Shown here in pieces: positions 24,791 to 37,029 of a DNA stretch of 64,000 bases; within the stretch, counting starts at the first letter, position 1; every line of letters begins with the position of its first letter. The notes under the pieces were generated by a model. It saw nothing but the letters and a program-made list of their open reading frames with translations, did no database searches and was not told where the DNA came from. A program made the position numbers and the translations under genes. The stretch comes from Asterias rubens (lineage: Eukaryota), in assembly GCF_902459465.1 (NCBI RefSeq), contig NC_047067.1:10292001-10356000 (forward strand), given 5' to 3'.

Positions 24791-25648
24791 TAAATAAATA
24801 AACATAAATAATTAAAATAACAAAATCACGAAAAATTTACTAAAAAGTGAGAAAAAATAGGTTAGTAAATTCTCAAAAATTTTGAGAAAGTTTGAGAAAA
24901 AGTCGCAAGGATTGTAGAACATATTAAAAGTTGTTGTAATAGACATAAAGTAAATATTGGCCAGGAATGTTGAAAAGGGTTTAAGAAAACGCTACGAAGC
25001 CGAAAACACCCCACGTAGCACTAGTAAGGACTTACGCACTCGATTGAAGTTACGAGTGCTTCGTGAATATGACGCAACTCGCTAAGAACGAACTAGTAAC
25101 ACGTAAGTGCTTACTAAGGCATAAGAAGGCTTCAAAAATTAACAATTTTACAGCATTCTTGTATTAGGTAGGCCTATATCCTTTTAAACCAAAGTAGTGG
25201 ACGTCATAACTATTTTAGGCTATTGCTAAATAATGGATCTATGCTTGAAACGGTCACCTAAAGTCCCCAAAATAATACGGTGCGACATCGGTGGGGGAAA
25301 CTATTGTATAAACCATACGTTTACCATAAACAGGTCAGTATGGCTCGCATGAAAGATTTTAATAAGGAGAGTGACGAAAACAATTATACCCCAGTTCAGA
25401 TAATGAAAACAATTATTACGAAAAAAAAATCAATGGCAATACAAATGACACTGAAATCTATTAACTGGAACTCTCGCATGTTCGTATTGAAGTGTATGGA
25501 ATCTTCATTCATTACCATTTGTGTGACATATCTCTCTTTTATAGTTTGTTCAGCTCCTTTGTCATCAGCCATTTGCTTTAGCACTGCTAGTTTATGTCTC
25601 TTTGTTTGTAGTTTGTCTATTTTGGCTGTCTTCTATACAAGCATTGGC

Positions 25649-26241
25649 TTAAAGTCACCTGAAAATAGATTTTTTTTCTTTTCTTTCAAACATAAGAGTA
25701 TATGCTTACGAACAATAAAACAATTTTTTTAGTAATTGTTTGTCACGATTTATATGATTAAAAAATATATAAAGTTGTTTGGGGGGCTGACTCCGCCTAC
25801 CCCTTTTGTGACGTCAATCGAGGCAGACTTTGCCTGCAATGCGTATAGTAAACACACGTGCAAAGTACATGTACGTCCAAGTCGTGAGTTGGTACATCTC
25901 AAAAAGTGTTTTTCTGCATTCAGCAGCAATACACCTGGTCGGCATTGCCGGAAAAAAAAAACACACAAAAAAATTTGTTTTGAAACGTACAAACTCACGA
26001 CTTGGTCCGTACATGTACTTTGCAATTGTGTTTACTCTACGCATTACAGGCAAAGTCTGCCTCGATTGACGTCACGAACAGCGCCCTCTCGGATCGGGGT
26101 CTACTCTTAAATTTGTAAATAACATAAGAACTGATTTTTTAAAACCTTAGTTAACTGTTTACTCACATGCCACTCATTAAAACACATATATTAGTGACAA
26201 AAGCTTTATTTTGAAAAAATACCACTTCCAGGTGACCTTAA
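25649..26241. mobile_element. TTAA-flanked MITE family 3, copy 2
   Basis: Same termini and internal sequence as 11113-11669, with small indels. Confidence 0.88.
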
Positions 26242-27867
26242 AATTACAGCCTCATACTTTCTTTATTTTGTTCTTCATAGATTATCTATTTTCCCTTTAT
26301 CGTATATGCTTATTAGTTTGCTTACCTACGCATTATGTTTTGAGAAAAGCAGAAAAATGTTGAATTTAATTTGATTTAATTGAATTCACCTTCACTGGTA
26401 AAATGTTTAGTGTTCATCACCATTCAATAAAAAAATGTGGCATTGCCGTTTGAACAATTGTATAACCCTGATTGAATTACGATTAAATTATCCACATATG
26501 GGACACTGTGAACAATTACACATTCCTACCCGTTTCATTCATTCGTCAAAAAAATAGTTCGGTGCAGGAAATGGTTTCTTATTCTGTCACATTGAATTAC
26601 CCGACATTTCATTTCAACAGCCGGAACAGCTGTATTCAATGAGCTAAGGTCATAAGACCAATTACTGACACGTTGTTCACGGTTCAATTATAAAAAAAAA
26701 TAAAATAAAAGATTTATACCATTATAATTAATACCAAACACAATTTATTGGACCATGTTATAGGTTCAGTGTCGAACGATTGTAAATCAAATGGAGAGGT
26801 CATTACTTTATAAGAGCTATACAGCATCTCACACGATGATGCAAGGTTGGGGTGTTGGAGAGAAAAACAAGTAGTTTCAAAGAGTCTTGAAATCAATGCG
26901 TGAAAAAATACATCTTATTTCCGGGAATATGATGGACACTATAAATTATGACTCTATAAAAACAGATTGGGTAAATTCGGCTGTATACACCCAAACCATA
27001 CAGTGAACTCCTATATAAAGTGTCAATCATACCTCAACAAGATAATAGGCATATCCGATAATATGCTTGGACTAGAAAAACCATAGTCGTAAACTATGTA
27101 TATTATATATATATACAACCATGTATACAAATATTTTGTGAGAAGTGTTGGCTCTGAAAAGAACCGGTGTGGTCTCAACGCTTTAAACATCTGCTTGCCA
27201 TGTGCAAGAAAACGATGACCACATTTTAAAAATAAGAACACTATTTCACAATATTATGAGCACTGTGAGTCTTTGATTATTTGTGTTGTTGGCATCAACG
27301 ATTCATTTCTTTGAATGTGTTTTGAAAATAAACTCGTGGTTTTTAGTGAGCCCAAACAATAAATTACTCTACTGGCGTAATAGGGCTGAAACTGAATTCA
27401 CAGTATAACGTTATAACCATGATAGATAAAGTGTCCGGGAAAAATATATCTTTGAATATTAAAGCATAATCGGTGTTGATTGAGTAGCTCTTTAACCAGT
27501 TGTGCAGAAAATTGGTTGTGATAATTATTTTAATCCATAACATTCTCTAGTTTTCAATAAACAAAATCATCAACCGACTGGTTAAAATTTCAACAAATTA
27601 GGTTGTCACGTTTGCAAGTAACCTACTAGGTTGAATATTTATTTGACGGGATTTGTACAAGTTCACATCATGTGCATATATTGCCTCCAAAGGCGGTTGC
27701 AGTTTCCCCGAAAATCTTCCGCGCTGCGCACTTGAAGTTCGCCGGCGGTATCGAACCCCTCATCGGGCACTCTACAGCATTGTGAAAATTATATGTGAGG
27801 CAAATTGAGTAATTAGGGCCAACGGAGAGTTCGGGGACAACTTTGTTAATTATAGTAGCTCAGGCAG

Positions 27868-28050
27868 GAATATAATATAGCGCACGTATCTACAAAACAA
27901 GGTACTCTCAAGGCGCTGAGTATATACAAATTTACAGAAAGTGGGTTATTGCAGAGATGAATTCTGAGACCCAATAAGTAGCACCTTTGGGTTTACTAGG
28001 TGCTACGGCGCACACAGCAGCCACAGCAGGAACACCGGGGCGAACCCGGT
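27868..28050 (-). mobile_element. SINE 3' half with a LINE-like tail
   Basis: GGGTTCGCCCCGGTGTTCCTG internal motif (reminiscent of Deu/Nin-domain SINEs) and an AGCGCC...GTGCGCTATAT terminal hairpin. Confidence 0.5.
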
Positions 28051-28454
28051 TTCGATAAGGGATGGGGGCACTGACACCAAGTTTATCTTCCCAATTATGC
28101 TTTTACTTTTATAAAATAACAAGTTTTTCAAGGGCCATTTGTCGGAAATGTTTTATAATAATGACATGGTTTTCCAGCAATTAATGCACACTTGATGACA
28201 TACTGAATTTGTTACTCGGTTAAACCATAATATAGAGCAAGGTTACACTCAATTCCTTTTGGAATTAATTACTCGCACACACCGTGGTTCAATAATAGGC
28301 CTAAGTGCGGTTGAAGATAACCGATGGATTGAGGTAAATTCACATCATAACCTGATTGGCTTTGAATCACGATAGAATATGTAATCACGTAGATTCTGTA
28401 ACCACGTACAGATTCTGTTTACAAAGCGCCATTTCAATGGCTAAGTTTAGCTGA

Positions 28455-29010
28455 GTCTTGCCTGGTGCATGTTTCCCTCCATCATAAAAACTAGACCATT
28501 TGAAGAGGAATCTCAATTCATAAGTTCAGCTCCCCTGAGTTCTTTATATCTCGAACGTTTTATTCTTTAGCTCCATATTGTCCAGAGTGGCACATAGCCT
28601 TGTTCATCTCTTTGGAACTCCTTGCCTAGTTCACGTTTTCCTAGAGGGGCATATACCCCACAATCTAGACTGTTTTAAGAGGAATGTCAATTCCTACCTT
28701 CAGGACCCTGAGTTATGTTCACCTTAGTATTTTCCTGCTTTGGCCCCTTTACCAAAAATGGCTTATATTGTTTTGGGCCTATTACGAGATTCTGTGTAAA
28801 AAGTCCCATTCCAACAGCTGAATTTCACTGCATCATATTATTTGGAACTCCTTGCCTGGTCCAGTCAATCTTATAATCTAGACTGTTTTAAGGGGAATAT
28901 CAATTCCTTCCTAAAATTCAGTTCACCTGAGTTATTTTCATCTTAGAACACTTAAAAGTGTTCTGCTTTAGCCCCTTACCAAAAATGGCTTATAGCCTTC
29001 TTTGGGGCAA
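28455..29010. repeat. Degenerate tandem repeat of about 200 bp with a dispersed copy at about 8920-9080
   Basis: CTAGACTGTTTTAAG.GGAAT.TCAATTCC occurs three times here and once at about 8953. Confidence 0.75.
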
Positions 29011-29659
29011 ACTTACATATATAAACAACAACTCCAAACTACGATATAGAACTGAGGCAGACACTTAATGAGTCTGTCTTTAATCCAGTGTTCATCAGAA
29101 AGAATGTCCTTGGCGGCATTTTTCAAATGCATCCCTTTCTGAGTCTGACTAAGGCTGATAATATTATTGTCATCTCCTCGCATCTGTCTAGCTTAATGTG
29201 CTGAGACACATTTCCCTCTTATTTTTGAAGTGAGGCATGCGTACTGTAAATAATAACAACAGTACCTATACTTTGACCATTGGTTTTGTAAAAACATGGC
29301 GGCAATAAAATCGAGGTTTAATGAATACAATTCACACTGTTTAATTGGTTTTCCTGCATGCACTGTGCCAACAGAAAATACAATAGTGTTTTGCTTTGTA
29401 AATAATGTCAAATGAAATATGGCTATTTTTCTGTTCAAAGTTCAGTATTACATTGAAATAACAATGCGTAATTTACACAATTCATGCATAAGTACATATA
29501 GAATAGAATGTTTAGTATGAGTGGTATCTCCATAATATGACACAGACACAATTTATACAGACACACTCCCAGTGATACAAAACTAAAATGAAACACAGTT
29601 ATCATAATAGCTTTACCGGTTATAGGTATACAAAACAAATGCTAATATTTATGTGCATA

Positions 29660-30350
29660 TAATAACAACAAGGTTTCATACTGATAGACCGTAGACTAAG
29701 GCCCACTCAATGTTGTGTTTAAACGCAATGAGTGAAGTGACATTTAAATAATGTGTTGGGAGACCTACAACCGTTCGACGCCCGTGGAGCACCATGATTA
29801 AAACGAATCGTCAAATTAAACAGCTTCGACTCCTGAGTGATGAGAAGTCAAGCCATTATCAAACATAATTACCGGTAATGGTTTTACAAATACTAATGCT
29901 TTTTTTGTGGATTATAACAATCGCAAAGGTTTCACATTGATAGAAAGATTGTATTAGACTATGTGCTATACTAATGGTTTTTTAACACCATGGCTGAAGT
30001 GACATTTTAAACACTGTGTTGAAAGCTCCCGTGTAGCACATTATTAAAATAAATCGTCAAAATAAACGAGCCTCAATTCCCGACTGATGAAAAGTCAAGC
30101 CATGATATCAAGCAGCATCACTGGTCATAGTTTAACAAAACAAATGCTAATACTTTTTGGTTATAACTACAAGGTTTCATATATAGACCGTATTTGACAA
30201 CTCCTTGCTCTATGATTAGACTAGACTATGCCTATACCCAATGTTTTGATAACACCATGACGAAAGTGACATTTGGAGCACGTTATTAAACATGAAAGCC
30301 TGAAAATTCACATCTTCATCTCCCGACTGATGGAAAAGTCAAGCCATGTT
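29660..30350. repeat. Degenerate tandem repeat of about 245 bp, about 2.7 copies
   Basis: AAGGTTTCA, GAAGTGACATTT and GA(T/A)GA(G/A)AAGTCAAGCCAT each occur three times. Confidence 0.8.
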
Positions 30351-30514
30351 TGATATTTTCGCATCCTTTGTGAGCTTCCAAGCCTTTTCTTGGGATTGGA
30401 ATAATTTGCTTCTTGCCGATCGATTCGCACCTGCTCCAATGTTCCCCGGCCGTGCCCAACGTAATAAAAATCATAATTCACAAATCACCCATGACAATTT
30501 TTTTCCTCCTAGCC

Positions 30515-30840
30515 ATGATCGCAGGCTTTGGGGTTGTTATTATTGTCCTTTTAAAAGTGCATACGGAAATATTTGTATAATTTCTTGTGGATATTATTAT
30601 ATTGAATGATTTAAATGTTCATTTATATTTTATTCATTTTAATTTTATCTAATTTGTACGCCTTTATATATTATTTGATCGCAGGCTGAGGGCTATTATT
30701 GTCCATTTTAAAGTGCATACGAAAATATTTTACGATTTTCCTTGGATATTGTATTTTCATTGTATTGAATGACTTACATGTTTATTTATTTGTTATAAAT
30801 TTTAACTGTGCATAGTTTGTACGCCGTTATATATTCTAAC
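30515..30840. repeat. Direct duplication of about 160 bp
   Basis: TGATCGCAGGCT...TTAAAGTGCATACG.AAATATTT occurs twice. Confidence 0.75.
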
Positions 30841-31357
30841 TTGTATGATTTTCACAAATATTTATACGTATTTGGTTTGCGGTTAAACAACATGCGGTGA
30901 CCGGTCAGGTAGATTATGTTCTCAGCTCACCATGCAATGCCTCACATCTCACATCATTTTTCTTATTAATGATGATACCTGTTAGTGGCGGTTAACCGCT
31001 GTCTGTTATTAATAAAACAAAATAAAAAAAATATCTGCCGTTAATGGGTGAGAAACCCCCTATATTAATGTGTGTGATTCGCTCGGTGGTTTGACCTAAA
31101 ACAGGAGTAATCTGGGTTATGCAAACATAACAGGCAAATGTGTTGTCACACACTACAGGTATAAATCTATAGGGAGGAAATAAATGCAGAGAGAAGCTGC
31201 AGCGTGTAGCACGAAACATGAAGTGGATTATGCAGGAAGAAGCTTTGCCACAGACACACACAATGTATACATAGAGCTCGAGAGTTGGAGGTAAAGTAAG
31301 TGGATTAAATTGCCCCTGACTACTATCAAGAACGAGCAATGTTGTATTGGCTCTTAC

Positions 31358-31427
31358 CGCATGACATCAGCCTGAGCAAGATGATGGCGAGACCCGCCTG
31401 CAAGATGCCGGCTGCATCCATCTGCAT
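31358..31427 (-). CDS. Ly6/uPAR (three-finger) protein, coding exon 1: signal peptide
   Basis: Minus strand reads ATG...MQMDAAGILQAGLAIILLRLMSC + 1 nt, then a strong donor G|GTAAG. The 70 nt end in phase 1, matching the phase-1 start of the 2477 exon. Hydrophobic core typical of a signal peptide. Confidence 0.85.
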
Positions 31428-32807
31428 TGCGACTCGCGGGGCGCCCAGGTGTTGGTGGAGTTTGGAGTTACCAAAACAAAACAAAATCTCAATTTTACAA
31501 GAAGACTCGTCAGCTTAGCTTCCCGAGTGATAGGTTCGCTGTGTTATTAGTCATTGAGGAGACAGTGTGTTGAGCCTTGGAAAAGGCTTCAACCGCTATC
31601 ACAAGTTCGAGATGACTTGCTATGCTTCGACCACCTTCGACCAGCAATGTGTGATGAAAACAAATGAGCCGTTACACAGGTGCACACTGCAACTATACCA
31701 TCATCAAGGAGTTGTAGGTGTTAGTATTTTTTAACACTAAGCTGATTGTTGCCATGTGATGCACTCTTTATTCTCCAAGCGACCAACCATATTTTCCCAG
31801 ATGCAAGATATACTTCGGTCGTCGTACAGAGAGATGAAACCACGCACAAGTTACGGAAGGATGTCACTAATGACGGGGAATCCTTGGTGATCTTGCGTGC
31901 CGACGAACCGTACGTGCCGTACGCAGATGTGTGGAATGACTGTGTGTTAATATTATGCAGGATGGTGTCTCCTTCATCAACGCAATCTAACCCCAAAGTA
32001 AAGGCGGTGCTTTTGATGGCTCGCGGTGGGGGAGCTTGGCGCGCATCGACACGACACGAGTACACGAGTATAGAGCAGTACAACATTCAACACGAAGTCT
32101 CGTTAAAACAACACAGCATGCTGGTTTTTTTAATGTGTTTTAGCATTCTCGTAGTGTATTCTTTAGTAAGGTGTCTACTTGCAAAGGTTCAATTACCGTT
32201 TTCCCCGTGATATCCACGCCGTGAATATTTACAAGGGAACGGTCAACATTGACACTGTAAAAGCGGACGTGGACTAAAAATAACATTTTCTTTGAATTTC
32301 CACATGGTGGTTATGTACGGCCACGAAACCATGGGCTATACTCGTGATGTCACGGCCATTGGTCGGGTTTTGTTGGCGCCTCCGTGTGTGTGTTTTTTGG
32401 CGGGACTATTTTGACATTTAATTGAAGTAATTGAATCGTCATGACAACAGCGATTCATCTATAACCTGAGTTTGTTCCGTCTGAACCGCGCTGATCAGTA
32501 GAGGTTGTTTAAACATGGCGCTGACATTCCCTCATTTTATTAACAAGACGTGAGCTTCATACGATCTCCACATCACGACTGCAGTTATTTCCCTTTTCAG
32601 TAAATCGTCCCACCGCCCCCCCCCCCCCCAGAAAGGAGAAAAACAAGTTTGTTTTTAAACTGGACTTTACAGTCACGTGGCACGCTCGTTGGACATCTCG
32701 AGTCTCTAGGTGGGGTTCGGACCTCGAATCAAACTGAGAAACTCATGAAGGAGTGTTGCACTGTTAAAATCGAAATGATTCAAATAGCCCCCCCCCCCCC
32801 CCCAATA

Positions 32808-33200
32808 CACTGTTTAAAAAAAACGGGATAATTATTGACCCGGATTCCGGATCCAAGGAATATTACCCATTCGGGTCAGTTTGACCATTCTCTGCCATTT
32901 TGAGACAAACTCCGTGTCAACTCCGAAATGGATTAGGCCTCACAGTGAGTTGCGGAGACGGGTCACTTTCTGACGTATATAAAATCATTTTGGGACATAT
33001 TCCGGGTCACATCCTAACCCTGATGGATTAGGCCTTAAAATGAGATCGGGTCAATTTCTGACCCGAAAGTTTTTAGAGTGGTTATAAAAATCTTCTTTTT
33101 TGACATAATTATTTCGGATCACATCCTTACCCCGAAATGGATATGCCTCACAATGTGATCCGGGATCCGGGTCAGTTTCTGACCCGGAATATTTTAGAGT
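32808..33200. mobile_element. CACT-ended (CACTA/EnSpm-like) non-autonomous element with a duplicated right portion
   Basis: CACTGTTTAAAA...TTTTTAGAGTG; TGACCCG/CGGGTCA subrepeats; 33095-33200 repeats 32975-33080. Confidence 0.55.
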
Positions 33201-34539
33201 TTATACAAAATATTTTGGTGTGGTCATTACCAAATCACACCTCGGAATGACCTTCAGTTCGTTATACTTTGTATTAAATAAAAGTAACAAACCAATAAAC
33301 TCAATAAATCAAATATAAATAAACAAGAGGTGTTCGGCACACATTCCACGAAAACTTAAGAAGCAAAATGAAATAAAGACACTTTCTAACAATACGGAGT
33401 AGGCAGGCCAATATTTTGTTAAAGATAATAATATAGTCTACATTCAAGTCAGTGAGTCAAGGGTATCCATGCAATTAACATTGGTACACGGGGTTACGCC
33501 TTCACAGCGCCAGTGCAGCCATGAGTGGAGATGATGGCGTGACGTTCATCAAGATCAAGGATCGACCGTACCATGGTGATCTTAAAAGGCCTTGGCCTAA
33601 TTTCAGCAAGCATAATGCTTGACACATTTCTTTTGCTGTGCGAAAAATGGAGTGGGCACTAGCCACAGCAATGTAAACTTAGTGTTATTTTGGATGGTAA
33701 CCTGTTTCTGCTAAGCAGTCTGTGCTTAGCAAGTTGTTGTGCATATCTTTCTTTGTCACAAGAGGCCACTTTTACAGGCAACCAATTACTTGTAGCTTGA
33801 GGTGAGCACGTGAGTAATTTTTCAAACATTGTCTTACGATCCCCCAAAAAACAAATAATTTGAACCTTCAAAATGTGAATGGCTTTTCTTCTTTGGGATT
33901 GCCTTGAACTGGTTAGCTGTAAATTCCCTCGTGTGACGGAAAGGGTGCTCCTCTAAGTTTAAGTCCTTTGCTCATCCATAGGGCGTGCAGTAAACACAAG
34001 TGGATTGGGGAGGCCTTGTCCTTCTTGTCACCCACGATCACCATCCCCAAACTGTGGGGAGGCTCAGAGTGTAAATCTGTGTACATTGTGTACATAAACC
34101 CTTTAAAACAAGTAGGTCTACATAGATAGACACTTTAATTGTAAAAAAAAAAAAATGGAAAAAAAATGGAGAAACACTAAATTAAAAAATCTGAATCTGA
34201 ATCTGAATCGGCAAAGCATCCTTTCAGGAAACATCACACCAAAAATAATAAAGGGATCGTGGCAAGGCATGTCAAAATGTAACTTTTGAAAGTTCTGACT
34301 AATGAGGCAGATTGGCAGCGCGGGCTATGGAGCTAGTAGAGGCCTGTGGCTGACTCCTTCCTCCAACAGGCAGGAAGTGGCATACAAATTGTTTTCAACT
34401 CCAATACACCTATGACGCCCTATCCCCAACATAATTCTGATAAATAATCCATGACATTTATTTATTTCGTTCGTTGTAAGAATAACATTGCTTTTATCTT
34501 TTATCGAAATGATAACTTTTCGAACTGTCATTGAACGAG

Positions 34540-34623
34540 CCGAAAATGAATGATTCGGACAGCGATTGGTAAATAGCGCCCTCCATAGTTTAGTCCTTGT
34601 TTACTGTTTTTGACAACATGGCG
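34540..34623 (+). promoter_or_regulatory. Probable NGLY1 proximal promoter / 5'UTR
   Basis: Inverted CCAAT box (ATTGG 34565-34569) and a YY1-like AACATGGCG overlapping the start codon; no TATA box seen. Motif-level evidence only. Confidence 0.35.
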
Positions 34624-34730
34624 TCGAATGAGGAACTTGCTGTGGTGACGAATCAGCTGTTAGAAAACGGTCCGTCAGTTTTTCTTGACGCCTCTGAGAT
34701 TCTTCTGAGATTTGCTAACAACATTATAAG
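34618..34730 (+). CDS. NGLY1: NGLY1 exon 1 (PUB domain start)
   Basis: caacATGg context; MASNEELAVVTNQLLENGPSVFLDASEILLRFANNII + 2 nt; donor AG|GTAAAG. Confidence 0.9.
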
Positions 34731-35050
34731 GTAAAGCTGATATTCTTAACTTTGTGCTTCATCAGCAATTTTCATTGGTGACGGAAATAACCTAGCCGCG
34801 CTTCCGCTTCGTTGTGAATGTGAAGCGGTCTCAAGATCATGCCGATTGCCGGTCTATCGGTTTACTTTAAGAAGTTAGGCCACGCCCACTGACTCAACTA
34901 TTAATTATATAAGCAAACCAAACTCAGTCCATGAAGTCCTCTCCTCTAACGATCACTACAGACTAACTAAATAAAGAGAGTGGAAGTCACTTGATTTTTT
35001 TAGTGGCAGTCGCTTGACTGAAAAATCGGATAACTTTCCGTATGGGAGAC

Positions 35051-35756
35051 CAGACAACTCGTCCGTCGGACAACTCGTCCGTTCGGACAACTCGACAGTT
35101 CAGACAACTCGACGGTTCAGATAACTGGACGGATGATTTATTTAAAAGTCAGACAACTCAACTTGGGATCAAGACAAGTCGACGGATGGCCGTGACGGGG
35201 GCCCAGCGCAGGGCGCGGGAGGGGTAAATAGCGGCCTGGGGGTGGAATGATGTACTGACTAGTGACTTGACAATGATGCATGGGCGTTCCCGGGGGGGTG
35301 GGGGTATATTATGGTGGGTGGGTTTAATATCCAGGCAAACGGATAATTGATGCGTTTTTTTTATTATGTTTTAATTATTTAATGTTTAAATTGTTTTTTA
35401 AAACCTGTTATTTTGAATAAATTGAAGACAACTGCTAGCTGGCTACACTAGAGATCATAGTCTGTTTTTACACAAAGTCTCGAGATAGTCACTAACAGAA
35501 GTATGGCTTCACTGGGACACCGCACTTCATTGTGATAAATAATAATTGATAAATAATAATGACAAATTATAGAATCGCAAGAATTACACAAGAAAGTTTG
35601 TGTAAACATGACAGTAACGGAGGTCAGCCACTCAACTGTCGACTTGTCTTGGCCATCCGTCGAGTTGTCTCAAAGTCGAGTTGTCTGAACCGTCGAGTTG
35701 TCAAAACCGTTGAGTTGTCTGAACCGTCGAGTTGTCCGAACGGATGAGTTGTCCGA
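35051..35756. mobile_element. Foldback-like element with GACAACTCG subrepeats in its inverted arms
   Basis: About 7 (G/C)AGACAACTCG-type units on the left and about 7 reverse-complement CGAGTTGTC units on the right; NGLY1 intron 1. Confidence 0.7.
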
Positions 35757-36173
35757 GCTTACAACCTTGTTGCCATCAATTAATGCCACTCTTGTAATCT
35801 CCTGACGATCACTAGCCACACCCAGATATGTGGAAGTTCCTTCTTCCCCAATCCCCAGACAGAACTGTCAAACTTTGGTCTTTTTGGAACATGCTCCCAG
35901 TTGTGGTGTTGAACGTCATAACTTTAAAGGCCTTTAAAAAGTTCAGGGGAAGCGTTGCATCAAGCTTTATAAGCAGAGCAGCCAATTTTTACTTGCAGTT
36001 TGCACTTTGTCTAGCACCAATTGAGATTGAGTTCCAGTTGTCTTGTACGTATGTACCTTCGTTTCCTTGAGTTTTGTTTTTCTGATAGCACATTTGTGTC
36101 CGATCTGCACACCACCAACAATCAAGCACCCTTGGCTAATTGCCTCATTTAAGGATCAAGCCGAGTTATCAAC

Positions 36174-36540
36174 TTAAAGGATATGGGTACTTTCTGTAAC
36201 ACAAAACACAATGTCACAGATTTACAATATACTTACACCGTTTTGAGATAATGATAGTAGAAGCAATCCTTAAAATATTAGTTGCTAAGGTGCTGTAGTT
36301 TTTGAGAAATAATGATATGAAAATACATTTATACAGGCTAAAATAATTGTTGTCTCACGATCACTGAGACGAAAATTATTTCCAAGACATTGTTTTACTC
36401 ATTTCTCAAAAAGTTCAGCACCTCAGCAAGTAATATTTTAAGGGAAGCTTTCTTCCATCATTATCTTCAAACCGTGTAATTTAATGTAAATCTGTGGACA
36501 TTGTGTTTTTTGTCCTACAAAAAGTACCCAGACACATTAA
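36174..36540. mobile_element. TTAA-flanked MITE family 2
   Basis: TTAAAGGATATGGGTACTTT...AAAGTACCCAGACACATTAA with internal inverted GAAGATAATGAT..GAAAGCTTCCCT blocks; related copies at 4225-4400 and 62708-63163. Confidence 0.8.
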
Positions 36541-36914
36541 ACGTAGCTTTTTAGACAAGTCCAAACCATAGGCGTGACCTAGCAAGAAAGCTTACGTTGT
36601 GAATGATGATTAGGGTTTATATAGGCCTATCACACAGTGACAGGTATGATTTCACTGCAACATCCACATCCGGGCGATTTGTGCCAAAAAAATATCAAGG
36701 TCAATTTTAATGCTTCATTTTTATAGATATATTTTTTTAATTATGTATTTTACAAATTTTTCATTTTTCATTTTTTTTTAGGGGGAGGGGGGCCTCATGA
36801 TGAGATTTGATGTTCAAATAGTAAAGTTAGGTTAATAGTTGCAATGCATTCTACTGTATTACAAAGTGAACCCCTTACAATTTCCTTTTCATTCTTTTTC
36901 TTTTTACTATGCAG

Positions 36915-37029
36915 AAGCCCAAATGTCTCCAAGTTCCGCTCTATACGTCTTGGGAACAAGATCTTTGAGAAACGGATCCTACCGGTGTCTGGTGCTGTGG
37001 AGTGTTTATTCCTGATGGGGTTTGAAGAG
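36915..37029 (+). CDS. NGLY1: NGLY1 exon 2 (PUB domain)
   Basis: (R)[38 protein letters not shown], the PUB signature RSIR.GN...GAVECLF.MGFEE; acceptor TGCAG, donor GAG|GT. Confidence 0.96.

Larger units (their letters stand above)
23531..25135 (+). mobile_element. Degenerate PIF/Harbinger-like element carrying a Myb/SANT-like remnant and a nested LINE
   Basis: Left end CAG|GGGCCTTATTCATGAAG; CTTACG/CGTAAG-rich subterminal blocks at both ends; right end eroded. Confidence 0.55.

Noticed and set aside
29826-30345. CTGATGA-like words in the 245-bp repeat, suggesting hammerheads or C boxes
   Set aside because: No stem II-GAAA or matching D box follows.
31746-32210. 154-aa plus-strand ORF between the genes
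   Set aside because: Non-ATG start and no homology recognised; probably antisense to the Ly6 5'UTR/promoter.
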